Positions 34,764 to 42,170 of a stretch of 43,869 nt of DNA are shown piece by piece (positions within the stretch are counted from its first letter, which is position 1; each line of letters starts with the position of its first letter). The translations under genes and the position numbers were made by a program. The notes under the pieces were generated by a model, which was given only the letters and a program-made list of their open reading frames with translations, ran no database searches and was not told the DNA's origin. Origin of the DNA: a virus; the IMG/VR virus record IMGVR_UViG_3300031159_000005. One strand, given 5' to 3'.

Positions 34764-35042
34764 ATGGCGGAAACGACTGAAAAAATCACGTTGGACATGC
34801 TGACGACGAATTCGGTCAGCGTGAAGCGTCAGCAGTACGTCGATGTCAACGGCATCGAACACCCGATTGGTGAGCCGTGGCGCCGCGCCTATGTGAACAG
34901 CGCCGCTGGCCGACAGCAAGTGCAGGACGAGGTGCCAGAGCCGTACCGCTCCGCCATTTTCGCGGTGTGGGGCGATGAGCCGACAGTCGCTGATCCGGTT
35001 GGGGAATCGCCGGGCGAAGAAGATGCAGGCTCTGCCGAATAG
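34764..35042 (+). CDS. Hypothetical protein after the fibre gene (possible fibre chaperone)
   Basis: ORF track; RBS TAGGAGGGG. Confidence 0.5.
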   Translation: MAETTEKITLDMLTTNSVSVKRQQYVDVNGIEHPIGEPWRRAYVNSAAGRQQVQDEVPEPYRSAIFAVWGDEPTVADPVGESPGEEDAGSAE

Positions 35043-35076
35043 GCGGGGCCTATTATGTTGGAGGGGAGCGGTGCAT

Positions 35077-35358
35077 ATGGACGGAATCACGATCACGGCG
35101 GCCATATCGGTCGCCGCAGCTATTTCCGGGATTGTGCTCGGCTGGCTCGGGCGATCTCGCACAGTGCGCCAAGACGGACAACAGGACGGAGAGTTGCGGG
35201 CGTCGGTGAAATATATCCGCGACGGCGTGGACGATCTGCGCGTCGAGATCAAGTCGCAGAGCCAGCGCTACGATCTGCTGGCCGAGCGCGTGACGCGGGT
35301 CGAAGAGAGCGCAAAGCAAGCGCACAAAAGGATTGATCGATTGGAGGCTGAGCAATAA
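35077..35358 (+). CDS. Membrane-anchored coiled-coil protein of the lysis cassette (93 aa)
   Basis: N-terminal TM ITITAAISVAAAISGIVLGWL followed by a charged coiled coil. ATG 35077 follows GGAGGGGAG. Confidence 0.55.
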   Translation: MDGITITAAISVAAAISGIVLGWLGRSRTVRQDGQQDGELRASVKYIRDGVDDLRVEIKSQSQRYDLLAERVTRVEESAKQAHKRIDRLEAEQ

Positions 35359-35669
35359 TGGAAAACCAACTCTTTACCTGGGAGGCGCTCTCCGCGATGG
35401 GGGGCGCTTCACTTTTGACCTTTTTCGTCGTGCAATACACAAAAAGCATCATCGACCGATTCGCGGCCCGCTGGCTGCCGACGGATCTCTATGCCGTGAT
35501 CGTGGCCAGCGCGGTACTCATCACCGCGCAGCTTGCGCTCGGCGCCGATCCCGCCGACTGGCGCGTGTATGTGCTCGCCATCGCGAACGGTTTCCTCGTG
35601 GCGGCGGCCGCCGGCCAGATGCAGCGGAAGGCGGTCGAGCCGCCGGGTAAGGAAAGTGACGGCCAATGA
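35358..35669 (+). CDS. Holin candidate (3 hydrophobic segments, charged C-terminus)
   Basis: GGASLLTFFVVQY, LYAVIVASAVLITAQLAL and VYVLAIANGFLVAAAAG. Immediately upstream of the endolysin with an ATGA overlap. Confidence 0.65.
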   Translation: MENQLFTWEALSAMGGASLLTFFVVQYTKSIIDRFAARWLPTDLYAVIVASAVLITAQLALGADPADWRVYVLAIANGFLVAAAAGQMQRKAVEPPGKESDGQ

Positions 35670-36304
35670 CGCGTGATCAGTTTTTCGCGACTTTGGCCCC
35701 GCATGCCATTCGCGCGCGGTTGGAAGGCTCACCGTTGTTTGTTTCCGTCCGGCTGGCACAGAACCTGCTCGAGACGGGAGGCGTTATCCATCCGTGGAAC
35801 AACCTTGGCGGTATCAAAGTCGGTAGCGGCAAGCCTAACGAGTGGTGGGACGGCAGCAGCGTCAAGAAAGGCACGTGGGAAGTGATTAATGGTCAGCGCG
35901 TTGATACGACGGCCAACTTCCGCGCATACAAGTCCGTTTACCACTTCTACAAGGACCAAGACCTATTGTTCCAGCTCTCCCGGTACGCGCGTGTACGAAC
36001 GTCGAAGACTCCCGAGGAGCAATGCGTCGCACTGCAACTTTGCGGCTACGCGACGGACCCGGCGTATTCGTCCAAGCTGGTCGGGATTATCAAAACGTAT
36101 GGACTCAAACAATATGATAAGGAGGCTGACAACCAAATGCAATTGAGCAACTACCAATGGCAACGGATTGAGATCGGTGTCAAGTCCCTGCTCGATCGCA
36201 AGATCATATCCGATACAGCGTGGCTCGAAAAGGCGCAGAAACGGACCCTCACGAGGGACGAGCTGGCATGGCTGACGTTCGAACTTGTCGCGAATCCTCG
36301 TTAA
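35666..36304 (+). CDS. Endolysin, N-acetylglucosaminidase (FlgJ/LytD-type glucosaminidase domain)
   Basis: RLAQNLLETGGV....NNLGGIKV....FRAYKSVYHFYKDQ......CGYATDPAYSSKL pattern. Confidence 0.75.
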   Translation: MTRDQFFATLAPHAIRARLEGSPLFVSVRLAQNLLETGGVIHPWNNLGGIKVGSGKPNEWWDGSSVKKGTWEVINGQRVDTTANFRAYKSVYHFYKDQDLLFQLSRYARVRTSKTPEEQCVALQLCGYATDPAYSSKLVGIIKTYGLKQYDKEADNQMQLSNYQWQRIEIGVKSLLDRKIISDTAWLEKAQKRTLTRDELAWLTFELVANPR

Positions 36305-36313
36305 TAACGAAAT

Positions 36314-36354
36314 CCCCGCTCGGCCATTGCGGCTGGGCGGGGAATTTTGTTTTT
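36314..36354 (+). terminator. Intrinsic terminator (12-bp stem CCCCGCTCGGCC/GGCTGGGCGGGG with G-U pairs) + TTTTGTTTTT
   Basis: Read directly. Confidence 0.8.
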
Positions 36355-36426
36355 GGCAAAAAAGGAAAAACATTATTACATCTCGAATTACCATGATAGA
36401 TGACGGTTTTTGCGGAGGATGACAAG

Positions 36427-38013
36427 ATGAGTAGGGTTTTGAGGTCTTTAAAAGAAAAGAATGAATACCCAATTGTCTTTATAGGTTCTGGAATGTCAAG
36501 AAGATATTTGAGTGGTTTCCCGGGATGGGAGGATCTGCTTAAGGAATTCTGGGATGTTTTAAAGCAGGGCAGAGATTTTTATGGGTTTCTAAATACACTT
36601 AAGCGGCAATTGAAAGATGCTGACGCCGATTCAGATTACGACCTTGATTACCTTACGAATATTGTTGCAGGGTCCGAGATTGAGAATAGATTCAATACTT
36701 TGTTTTTTAACGAACAATTGGATATTCCCGGATTTGACCAGGAGAAAGCATATAGAACAGGTATATCTCCATTTAAAGCGGCTATTGCTAACCGATTCGC
36801 AACCTATGAAATTAAACCTGAGATGGCTGAAGAATATAAAGCCTTTAAAGCTTTTCTAAATAAAACACAAATTATTATTACTACGAATTATGATACATTA
36901 ATCGAGGATTCCATCAATTCTGAAAGTCCCGATGGTATCAAAAAATACATAGGACAAAAAGGATTTTTTGAACCAACTCTAGGATGGGCTGAATTATATA
37001 AAATTCACGGGTGCGTAACTGATCCCCAATCAATAGTGATTACGAAAACAGACTATGATCGCTTTTCAAAAAACTCCATTTTAATTAGTGCAAAGATCAT
37101 TTCATTATTAATCAACTCTCCTATTATCTTTATGGGTTATTCTCTAACAGATGGAAATGTCAGAAAAATTCTACGGGATTTTTCCTCCTCTTTAACCAAA
37201 GAAGAAATTAAACAAATGGCTTCAAAAATTATAATTATCGAAAGAGAGCCTGACTTATCTGAAATAAAAGAGCAAACATATTTTGATAAGGATCTTGGTT
37301 GTGAATATACGGTCCTTAAAACAGACAACTATAAATTAATATGTGAGATTATGACTGAAATCGATCAAGGGATTCATCCATCCGAGGTTCGAAAGTATCA
37401 GCATGTTATTAAGAAGCTTATTGTTAATCGCGGAAAGAGAGGTAGTTTAAACACTTTATTATTGTCACCCGAAGAATTAGAAGATATTGAAAAAAGAATT
37501 GGTGATGAAAAAATAGTTGTAGCATTGGGGGATACAACCTATATATTTCAAATGCCCGATTTATTGTCGTATGTTTATGATTATTTTCTTGGCGGTAGAG
37601 TCATTCATACAGATATTGCACTTAGGTTTGTTGCTAGTCAGGCCAGTACTTCTCGAATTCCATTTCTTAAACATGTTGAGGGCGTTGACATAGATAAAAC
37701 AAATCTACACCCAGCGGAAAAAGAAAAATTAAAACAAAGAATAGCAAGATTTACTACTCCTGAATATTGTATACGTTCAATATCTGACACCTATAAAATA
37801 AGAGCCAACTCATTATCTGAAATTATTGCTTATAATCACAAACCCTATAAGGAGTTTGAAATCGTTTCGTATAACAGTTTGAGAATCGATCGTGATGAAC
37901 TCGGGGAGTACATTAAAGATAAAATAGAAAAATATAAAGCCGATGGAATCAGGAGTTTGCCCTCCCCTTTTAGAAGATTATTGATGATTTATGACTTGTT
38001 GATTAACAAATAA
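36427..38013 (+). CDS. Stand-alone SIR2-like (SIR2_2 / ThsA-DSR-type) protein, 528 aa, with an uncharacterised C-terminal ~270 aa; candidate NAD+-depleting defence effector
   Basis: VFIGSGMS..FPGW, IITTNYD (N154), YKIHG (H194) and IIFMGYSLTD in canonical order. AT-rich gene. ATG 36427 follows GGAGGA (the track ORF opens at 36400). Confidence 0.75.
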   Translation: MSRVLRSLKEKNEYPIVFIGSGMSRRYLSGFPGWEDLLKEFWDVLKQGRDFYGFLNTLKRQLKDADADSDYDLDYLTNIVAGSEIENRFNTLFFNEQLDIPGFDQEKAYRTGISPFKAAIANRFATYEIKPEMAEEYKAFKAFLNKTQIIITTNYDTLIEDSINSESPDGIKKYIGQKGFFEPTLGWAELYKIHGCVTDPQSIVITKTDYDRFSKNSILISAKIISLLINSPIIFMGYSLTDGNVRKILRDFSSSLTKEEIKQMASKIIIIEREPDLSEIKEQTYFDKDLGCEYTVLKTDNYKLICEIMTEIDQGIHPSEVRKYQHVIKKLIVNRGKRGSLNTLLLSPEELEDIEKRIGDEKIVVALGDTTYIFQMPDLLSYVYDYFLGGRVIHTDIALRFVASQASTSRIPFLKHVEGVDIDKTNLHPAEKEKLKQRIARFTTPEYCIRSISDTYKIRANSLSEIIAYNHKPYKEFEIVSYNSLRIDRDELGEYIKDKIEKYKADGIRSLPSPFRRLLMIYDLLINK

Positions 38014-38059
38014 AATAAGGCTGACGCCAAACCCACTGGGAGTTGCCATCAGCCTTATT
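38014..38059 (+). terminator. Perfect 11-bp stem AATAAGGCTGA/TCAGCCTTATT with a 24-nt structured loop, directly after the SIR2-like stop
   Basis: Read directly. The downstream sequence is only moderately U-rich. Confidence 0.5.
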
Positions 38060-38112
38060 GTTGCCTTACTTATTATGTCTTCATTGTATGTGAGTATGCG
38101 TGTTTTGTCAAG

Positions 38113-38140
38113 ATCCCGCCAGTTATATGGGCGGGGATTT
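38113..38140 (+). terminator. Hairpin ATCCCGCC-9 nt-GGCGGG(G)AT followed by TTTCCCTTCCCTTT
   Basis: Read directly. Confidence 0.45.
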
Positions 38141-38148
38141 CCCTTCCC

Positions 38149-38177
38149 TTTACACCAAACAAACGTTCTCATATAAT
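38149..38177 (+). promoter_or_regulatory. Near-consensus sigma-A promoter TTTACA-17-TATAAT for the WYL-like/YolD-like pair
   Basis: Read directly (-35 at 38149-38154, -10 at 38172-38177). Confidence 0.65.
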
Positions 38178-38210
38178 CGAATCACACGTACACATTCGGG
38201 AGGCGCTCCC

Positions 38211-38411
38211 ATGTCTATCGCCAAATACATCGGCCGTCGCGTCGAGATCATCTACCAGTCCGCTGACGGCCGGCTCACCCAGCGCACAATCCGCGTGCTC
38301 GACGTCCGGGATGGCATCGTTCGCGCGTTCTGCACCACTTCCGGAGCGCCGCGGACGTTTCGGGTGGACAGCATATTGGCGTGCATGCCGACGAGGAGAC
38401 AGTCCGCATGA
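38211..38411 (+). CDS. 66-aa protein with a WYL-domain-core-like signature (Sm/SH3-like barrel)
   Basis: RVEIIYQSADGRLTQRTIRVLDVRDGIVRAFCTTSGAPRTFRVDSIL fits the v.i.Y....g....R.i.P..l...g..yl.A.C.....R.Fr.drI pattern. ATG 38211 follows GGGAGG. Confidence 0.55.
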   Translation: MSIAKYIGRRVEIIYQSADGRLTQRTIRVLDVRDGIVRAFCTTSGAPRTFRVDSILACMPTRRQSA

Positions 38412-38758
38412 GGACAAACAAACTGACGCCCGGATCAAATCTACTCTGGGAATCGAGCCGGATGATCATTCCAGAACACAAAGAGGCGCTTGTAAGGTAT
38501 AGGGAGGAATCGAAGATGGCGAAGCCAAAAAGACCCGTTCGCGACGAATTCGAACTGGACGAACTCGCCGGCCGGCTTTATGACGCCATGGAGGAAGGCT
38601 ACGAACTCGTGTTGACTATCTGGGGGCGCAACGAACCTGTCCGCGGAAGGATCACGAAGCTGGACGCAGACACGAAGCGAGTGCATGTGCAGCGGTTTGG
38701 TGATACGAGGAAGATACCGTTTTTGGACATTATGCGAGCGGAGCGTCCTGATTATTGA
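38408..38758 (+). CDS. YolD-like protein (UmuD-analogue family)
   Basis: LLWESSRMIIPEHKEAL..., then DE.ELDEL...L..AMEEGYELVLTIWG....VRGRITKLDADTKRVHV......IPFLDI matches the YolD family pattern. ATGA overlap with the upstream ORF. Confidence 0.7.
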   Translation: MRTNKLTPGSNLLWESSRMIIPEHKEALVRYREESKMAKPKRPVRDEFELDELAGRLYDAMEEGYELVLTIWGRNEPVRGRITKLDADTKRVHVQRFGDTRKIPFLDIMRAERPDY

Positions 38759-38769
38759 GAAAGAAAAAG

Positions 38770-38802
38770 AGCAGCAGGGATGACCCGGCTGCTACTTTTT
38801 TT
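38770..38802. terminator. Bidirectional intrinsic terminator between the convergent YolD-like and int genes (stem AGCAGCaGGG/CCCgGCTGCT; T7 on +, CTTTTTCTTT on -)
   Basis: Read directly. Confidence 0.8.
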
Positions 38803-38806
38803 GCAT

Positions 38807-38864
38807 AAATGAGTGTCAAAAAATATTATACGGTTCAGCGTATAGTACAAAATGACACTCATTT
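38807..38864. repeat. 58-bp imperfect dyad (outer arms AAATGAGTGTCA / TGACACTCATTT perfect; inner TATTATACGG / GCGTATAGTA partial) centred near 38835/38836; candidate attP
   Basis: Read directly. Abuts and overlaps the int stop codon. Confidence 0.45.
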
Positions 38865-40331
38865 GTACCGTATATCTACCCACGCAGGGAAAAATCGGTT
38901 TTTCACGCCTTTTACAATGGTCTCGTTCGTGTGCAGGGTGATCTCGTCGAAGATTGTCAGGAGAAGCTCCCTTTTTTCCTGGTTCCCTATCTTATCCCAG
39001 ACGTCTATGATCTCCAGCAACTTGGCCGGGTAAACGAACTCCTCTTTCTTCTGGTTTTCCAGCTCCTGCAGCTCCCGCAAGAGCTTCTCCTCCTGTTCTT
39101 TTTCCTCATCCAGATGCCTTCGCAGCTCTATTTCAGAGATCAGCTCGTTCACATACATATACTGCCAGCGTTTTCTGCGCTCCCTGATCCGGTTCAGGTC
39201 GCTATTCACCCGTCGGATCTTCCGATTCAGCTCCGTCTGATCTTGCTTCAGTTCAATTTTCGATTTGTCCAGACGAATCGATTCGATGTGCTTCATGATT
39301 AGATGCTCAACGTGCTTCTGCCGGAACATCGGCATATCACAGGTTTTGCTGTCCCGGCGCCTGCTACACATGTAATACGGGTTTCTGACGATTTCGCCGT
39401 TTCGCAGGCTTCGTTTCGTCGTAAGGCGGCCGAACATCGTGCTTCCACAACGGCCGCAGCGTAGCAGACCGCTGAATAAATAGTCCAGCTTCCTCGAATG
39501 ATTTCCCTCGCTTCGCATCCGCATCAGCCGCAAGTGCTCCTCGTACTCCTCGACAGTCCAGATTGCCTCTTGATCGCCCGGAACGTCGATTACATCCACC
39601 CGCAGTTCCCGTTTGCGCTGCGGGTATTTTCCATTTTTCATCTTTGTCCCGAACCGTATGATTCCCGCATAAAACGGATTCTCCAGCGTCAGTGCGACGG
39701 TGTTTCGGGTCCATTCGTAGCCGCGGCGCAATTTCCCTTCCTGGTTCAGCCGTTCAGCGATTTTAAGGAATGAAAGGTTTTCCTTCATATACAGCTCGCG
39801 AACGCGCCGAATGGTCTCTGCTTCCTCTGGGATCAGGTTGCCATCTCGGTCATACCCATAGGGATATTTCCCACCGGGCTTTTTCCCTTCTCGCACTTTC
39901 TGTTCCATACCCATCCGCACGCGCTCGGCAATCGTTTCGCGCTCCCATTGGGCAAAAATGCCGAGAATCCCCAGCATGGCCCGCCCCATCGTCGTAGTTG
40001 TATCGAATTGCTCCTGAGATGACCGAAAGCCCACATCATGGCGTGCAAACTCGTCCAGAAGGTGGTATAAATCCTTGACCGACCGCGTGAGCCTGTCCAG
40101 TTTGAACACGAGCACGACGTCGATTTCCTCGCCCCGCACCTTTTCCAAAAGTTCCTGCATGGCCGGCCGATTCAGGTCCTTCGCCGAATACCCGTCATCG
40201 ACCAATATGCTCGTCACGTCCCAATCCTGGGATTCGGCGTAGGCGAGAAGTTTCCTTTTTTGCGCGTCGATAGAAAAACCTTCGCGGGCCTGCTCGTCCG
40301 TTGAAACTCGTATATAAAGTGCTGCACGCAT
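38859..40331 (-). CDS. int: Large serine recombinase (phage integrase)
   Basis: N-terminal AALYIRVSTDEQ..GFSIDAQ resolvase catalytic domain, recombinase domain, zinc ribbon LLRCGRCGSTM...YYMC and C-terminal coiled coil. RBS AGGAGG. Confidence 0.9.
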   Translation of the reverse strand: MRAALYIRVSTDEQAREGFSIDAQKRKLLAYAESQDWDVTSILVDDGYSAKDLNRPAMQELLEKVRGEEIDVVLVFKLDRLTRSVKDLYHLLDEFARHDVGFRSSQEQFDTTTTMGRAMLGILGIFAQWERETIAERVRMGMEQKVREGKKPGGKYPYGYDRDGNLIPEEAETIRRVRELYMKENLSFLKIAERLNQEGKLRRGYEWTRNTVALTLENPFYAGIIRFGTKMKNGKYPQRKRELRVDVIDVPGDQEAIWTVEEYEEHLRLMRMRSEGNHSRKLDYLFSGLLRCGRCGSTMFGRLTTKRSLRNGEIVRNPYYMCSRRRDSKTCDMPMFRQKHVEHLIMKHIESIRLDKSKIELKQDQTELNRKIRRVNSDLNRIRERRKRWQYMYVNELISEIELRRHLDEEKEQEEKLLRELQELENQKKEEFVYPAKLLEIIDVWDKIGNQEKRELLLTIFDEITLHTNETIVKGVKNRFFPAWVDIRYK

Positions 40332-40370
40332 GATTACCTCCTGTAAGAATGTATGTTTGGTTTGCTGCGG

Positions 40371-40395
40371 AAAAGAAAAAGCCCGAGTGGGGGCT
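40371..40395 (-). terminator. Small hairpin AGCCC-6 nt-GGGCT with a T-run on the minus strand (after the lipoprotein gene)
   Basis: Read directly. Confidence 0.55.
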
Positions 40396-40403
40396 GTCCT
40401 TTT

Positions 40404-40955
40404 TCACTTAATTTTGAAGGAATTGAACATTCTATTTGATTCGTTAAATACATCGTCAAATTCACTTGCAGTGAACGATGTATATGATAATGTGTAAGTC
40501 TTATTACCAGAAGGCACTATATATGCAGCATAGAAAACTTTCTGGCCTGTCTGCGAAATTTTATACTCACCATACAAAATTCCTGCTCTAAGGCCGTTAT
40601 AATCTCGATCCTCATACTTTATTTTTTTAAAATCACTCATCCCCCATGTTTCGCCGAAAAGTATAAGCTGATCAACCGTCAAATTGGCAGTATATTCAGC
40701 GGAAGGCGCCAAAACCGCATGCTCTTGTATGTCCACATTTACATTATTTTTAGTGTTCTTAGAAAAGAACGCCGCTTTAATTGTTGAAGTATCCATATTA
40801 AGTGAGGATAAATCCTGTTTTACCCAATCAGCAGGATACTCAAATGAAATTTCTTCGTTTTCGAATTTCTTATAACCATCACTTGAAATTTTCTCTTGTG
40901 AACAACCGATAACAAATAGGAACAAGGATAATGAAATGTAAAAAATTCGCTTCAA
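40404..40955 (-). CDS. AT-rich lipoprotein (183 aa), possibly a DcrB/PsbP-like fold
   Basis: Signal peptide MKRIFYISLSLFLFVIGC with lipobox VIGC. TTG start after GGTGAT. Confidence 0.7.
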   Translation of the reverse strand: MKRIFYISLSLFLFVIGCSQEKISSDGYKKFENEEISFEYPADWVKQDLSSLNMDTSTIKAAFFSKNTKNNVNVDIQEHAVLAPSAEYTANLTVDQLILFGETWGMSDFKKIKYEDRDYNGLRAGILYGEYKISQTGQKVFYAAYIVPSGNKTYTLSYTSFTASEFDDVFNESNRMFNSFKIK

Positions 40956-41010
40956 TCAAAATCACCATTCACGTTCCCGATCGGCTCGGGGATTTGCTCT
41001 CTTATGTATG

Positions 41011-41403
41011 TCAAAAAAACCGTTTCAACTGAGTAATTTCAAACGGCACCTCGCAGGCCGCCGCGGCTTCTTGAATAGTATTATACTCCTTTATCAAATC
41101 ATCAGGCATTAAGAGTTCAACCGCAAATTCGTTTGCTTCTCGCTCAAGGCGGTTAATTGAGAACAACGTATTCGCTTTCAAAAACGGCGTATTTATGCCA
41201 GGATGCAATATAGCATGTCCGAGTTCGTGAGCGCACACAAAACGCTTCAACGGCCTGTTCAACATGTTGTTGATGTGGATAAATTTGGCGCGCTTATAGG
41301 TTGAAAAAAAACCGAGCGTTTCGCCCAGGTAATTGAAAAGGATCATGATGTTTTTCTGTTCTGCAATGCAAAAGGGGTCATTCGTTTTATGCTTCTTAAC
41401 CAT
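41011..41403 (-). CDS. ImmA/IrrE-family zinc metallopeptidase (start uncertain)
   Basis: FVCAHELGHAILH (HExxH) and downstream EREANEFAVELLMP. The only RBS (GGAGGGG) lies about 36 nt upstream of the ATG in the same open frame. Confidence 0.8.
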   Translation of the reverse strand: MVKKHKTNDPFCIAEQKNIMILFNYLGETLGFFSTYKRAKFIHINNMLNRPLKRFVCAHELGHAILHPGINTPFLKANTLFSINRLEREANEFAVELLMPDDLIKEYNTIQEAAAACEVPFEITQLKRFF

Positions 41404-41457
41404 CTGAGAGACGATATGTTTGATTGTTCTAATGATGATCCCCTCCGTGCTGCCATA

Positions 41458-41715
41458 TTACCGGTTTTTCAGTTTTTCGATTTCTGTTTTAAGATAAAGC
41501 TGTTCGCGGTTTAGAATGTCGATGCTGTATGAGTGGTTATTTAACTCTGATTCGGTTTTTCGTTGAGCGACTTCGAGGCGTTTTACGGCTTCATTGGTTT
41601 CAAGGACGGCTTGTCTGATATATGGTATCTCAATGGTATGTGCTTTGATTTCCTTCACTTCGGATTCCAACGATTCAAGTTTTTCCAGTATCTTGTTCAA
41701 TATCTGTTCGCTCAT
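41458..41715 (-). CDS. 85-aa coiled-coil protein, translationally coupled to the repressor gene
   Basis: ORF track. ATGA overlap with the repressor stop on the minus strand. Confidence 0.55.
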   Translation of the reverse strand: MSEQILNKILEKLESLESEVKEIKAHTIEIPYIRQAVLETNEAVKRLEVAQRKTESELNNHSYSIDILNREQLYLKTEIEKLKNR

Positions 41716-42170
41716 TCACTTTCACCCTTTCTATACTTCTTCGGCGTATATTTTTTCTTCGCCATCTCCTTTGCCAGCCTCATTGAGTTTTCTAAGGATA
41801 ATTTTATCAATTGTCGCGTCTCATCGTCCATCGGTTCGCCATAGAATGCCATTGACTCGTGAACTTCGAGGTCATTCATTATTTTTTCTAAGTCTTTTGC
41901 AATATCGCGCTTGTCTTTCTCGGTGAGCGCGTAATATGGTTTATCTCTTTCCTTGGGCGGCGTAGGATCGTCAGTGCGTCCGAGGAGGTAGTCGGTAGAG
42001 ACACCCAAAACATCCGCTATTGTTACTAATGTTTCGTGCGGGGGGGTACTGTGACCATTTTCATAATTACTAATAGTCCCTTTAGTTGTTTTTACTTTCT
42101 GAGCCAATTGCTCTTGTGTAAATTTTCTTTTTTTCCTCCATTCAATTAAACGTTCTGGCTTGAACAACAA
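41712..42170 (-). CDS. XRE-family HTH repressor (CI/ImmR-like), 152 aa from TTG 42170 (the ORF stays open to 42281)
   Basis: RKKRKFTQEQLAQKVKTTKGTISNYENGHSTPPHETLVTIADVLGVSTDYLLG. TTG 42170 lies 5 nt after GGAGG. The upstream extension would cover the operator/promoter region. Confidence 0.8.
   Translation of the reverse strand: MLFKPERLIEWRKKRKFTQEQLAQKVKTTKGTISNYENGHSTPPHETLVTIADVLGVSTDYLLGRTDDPTPPKERDKPYYALTEKDKRDIAKDLEKIMNDLEVHESMAFYGEPMDDETRQLIKLSLENSMRLAKEMAKKKYTPKKYRKGESE

Noticed and set aside
36617-36859. 80-aa alternative-frame ORF inside the SIR2-like gene, and the minus-strand ORFs at 37137-37328 and 37978-38172
   Set aside because: They are embedded in or antisense to a well-supported long ORF, with no RBS. 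In AT-rich sequence such short frames arise by chance.
36427-38013. Annotating the SIR2-like gene as Thoeris ThsA
   Set aside because: No TIR-domain (ThsB) gene occurs anywhere in the phage, and the C-terminal half shows no obvious SLOG features. It is kept as an unclassified SIR2-like candidate pending profile searches.
38149-38210. LexA (Cheo box, GAAC-N4-GTTC) site upstream of the YolD-like operon
   Set aside because: Only isolated half-sites are present (aaacGTTCtc, cGAATcacacGTAC), with wrong spacing or mismatches. No convincing box was found by eye.
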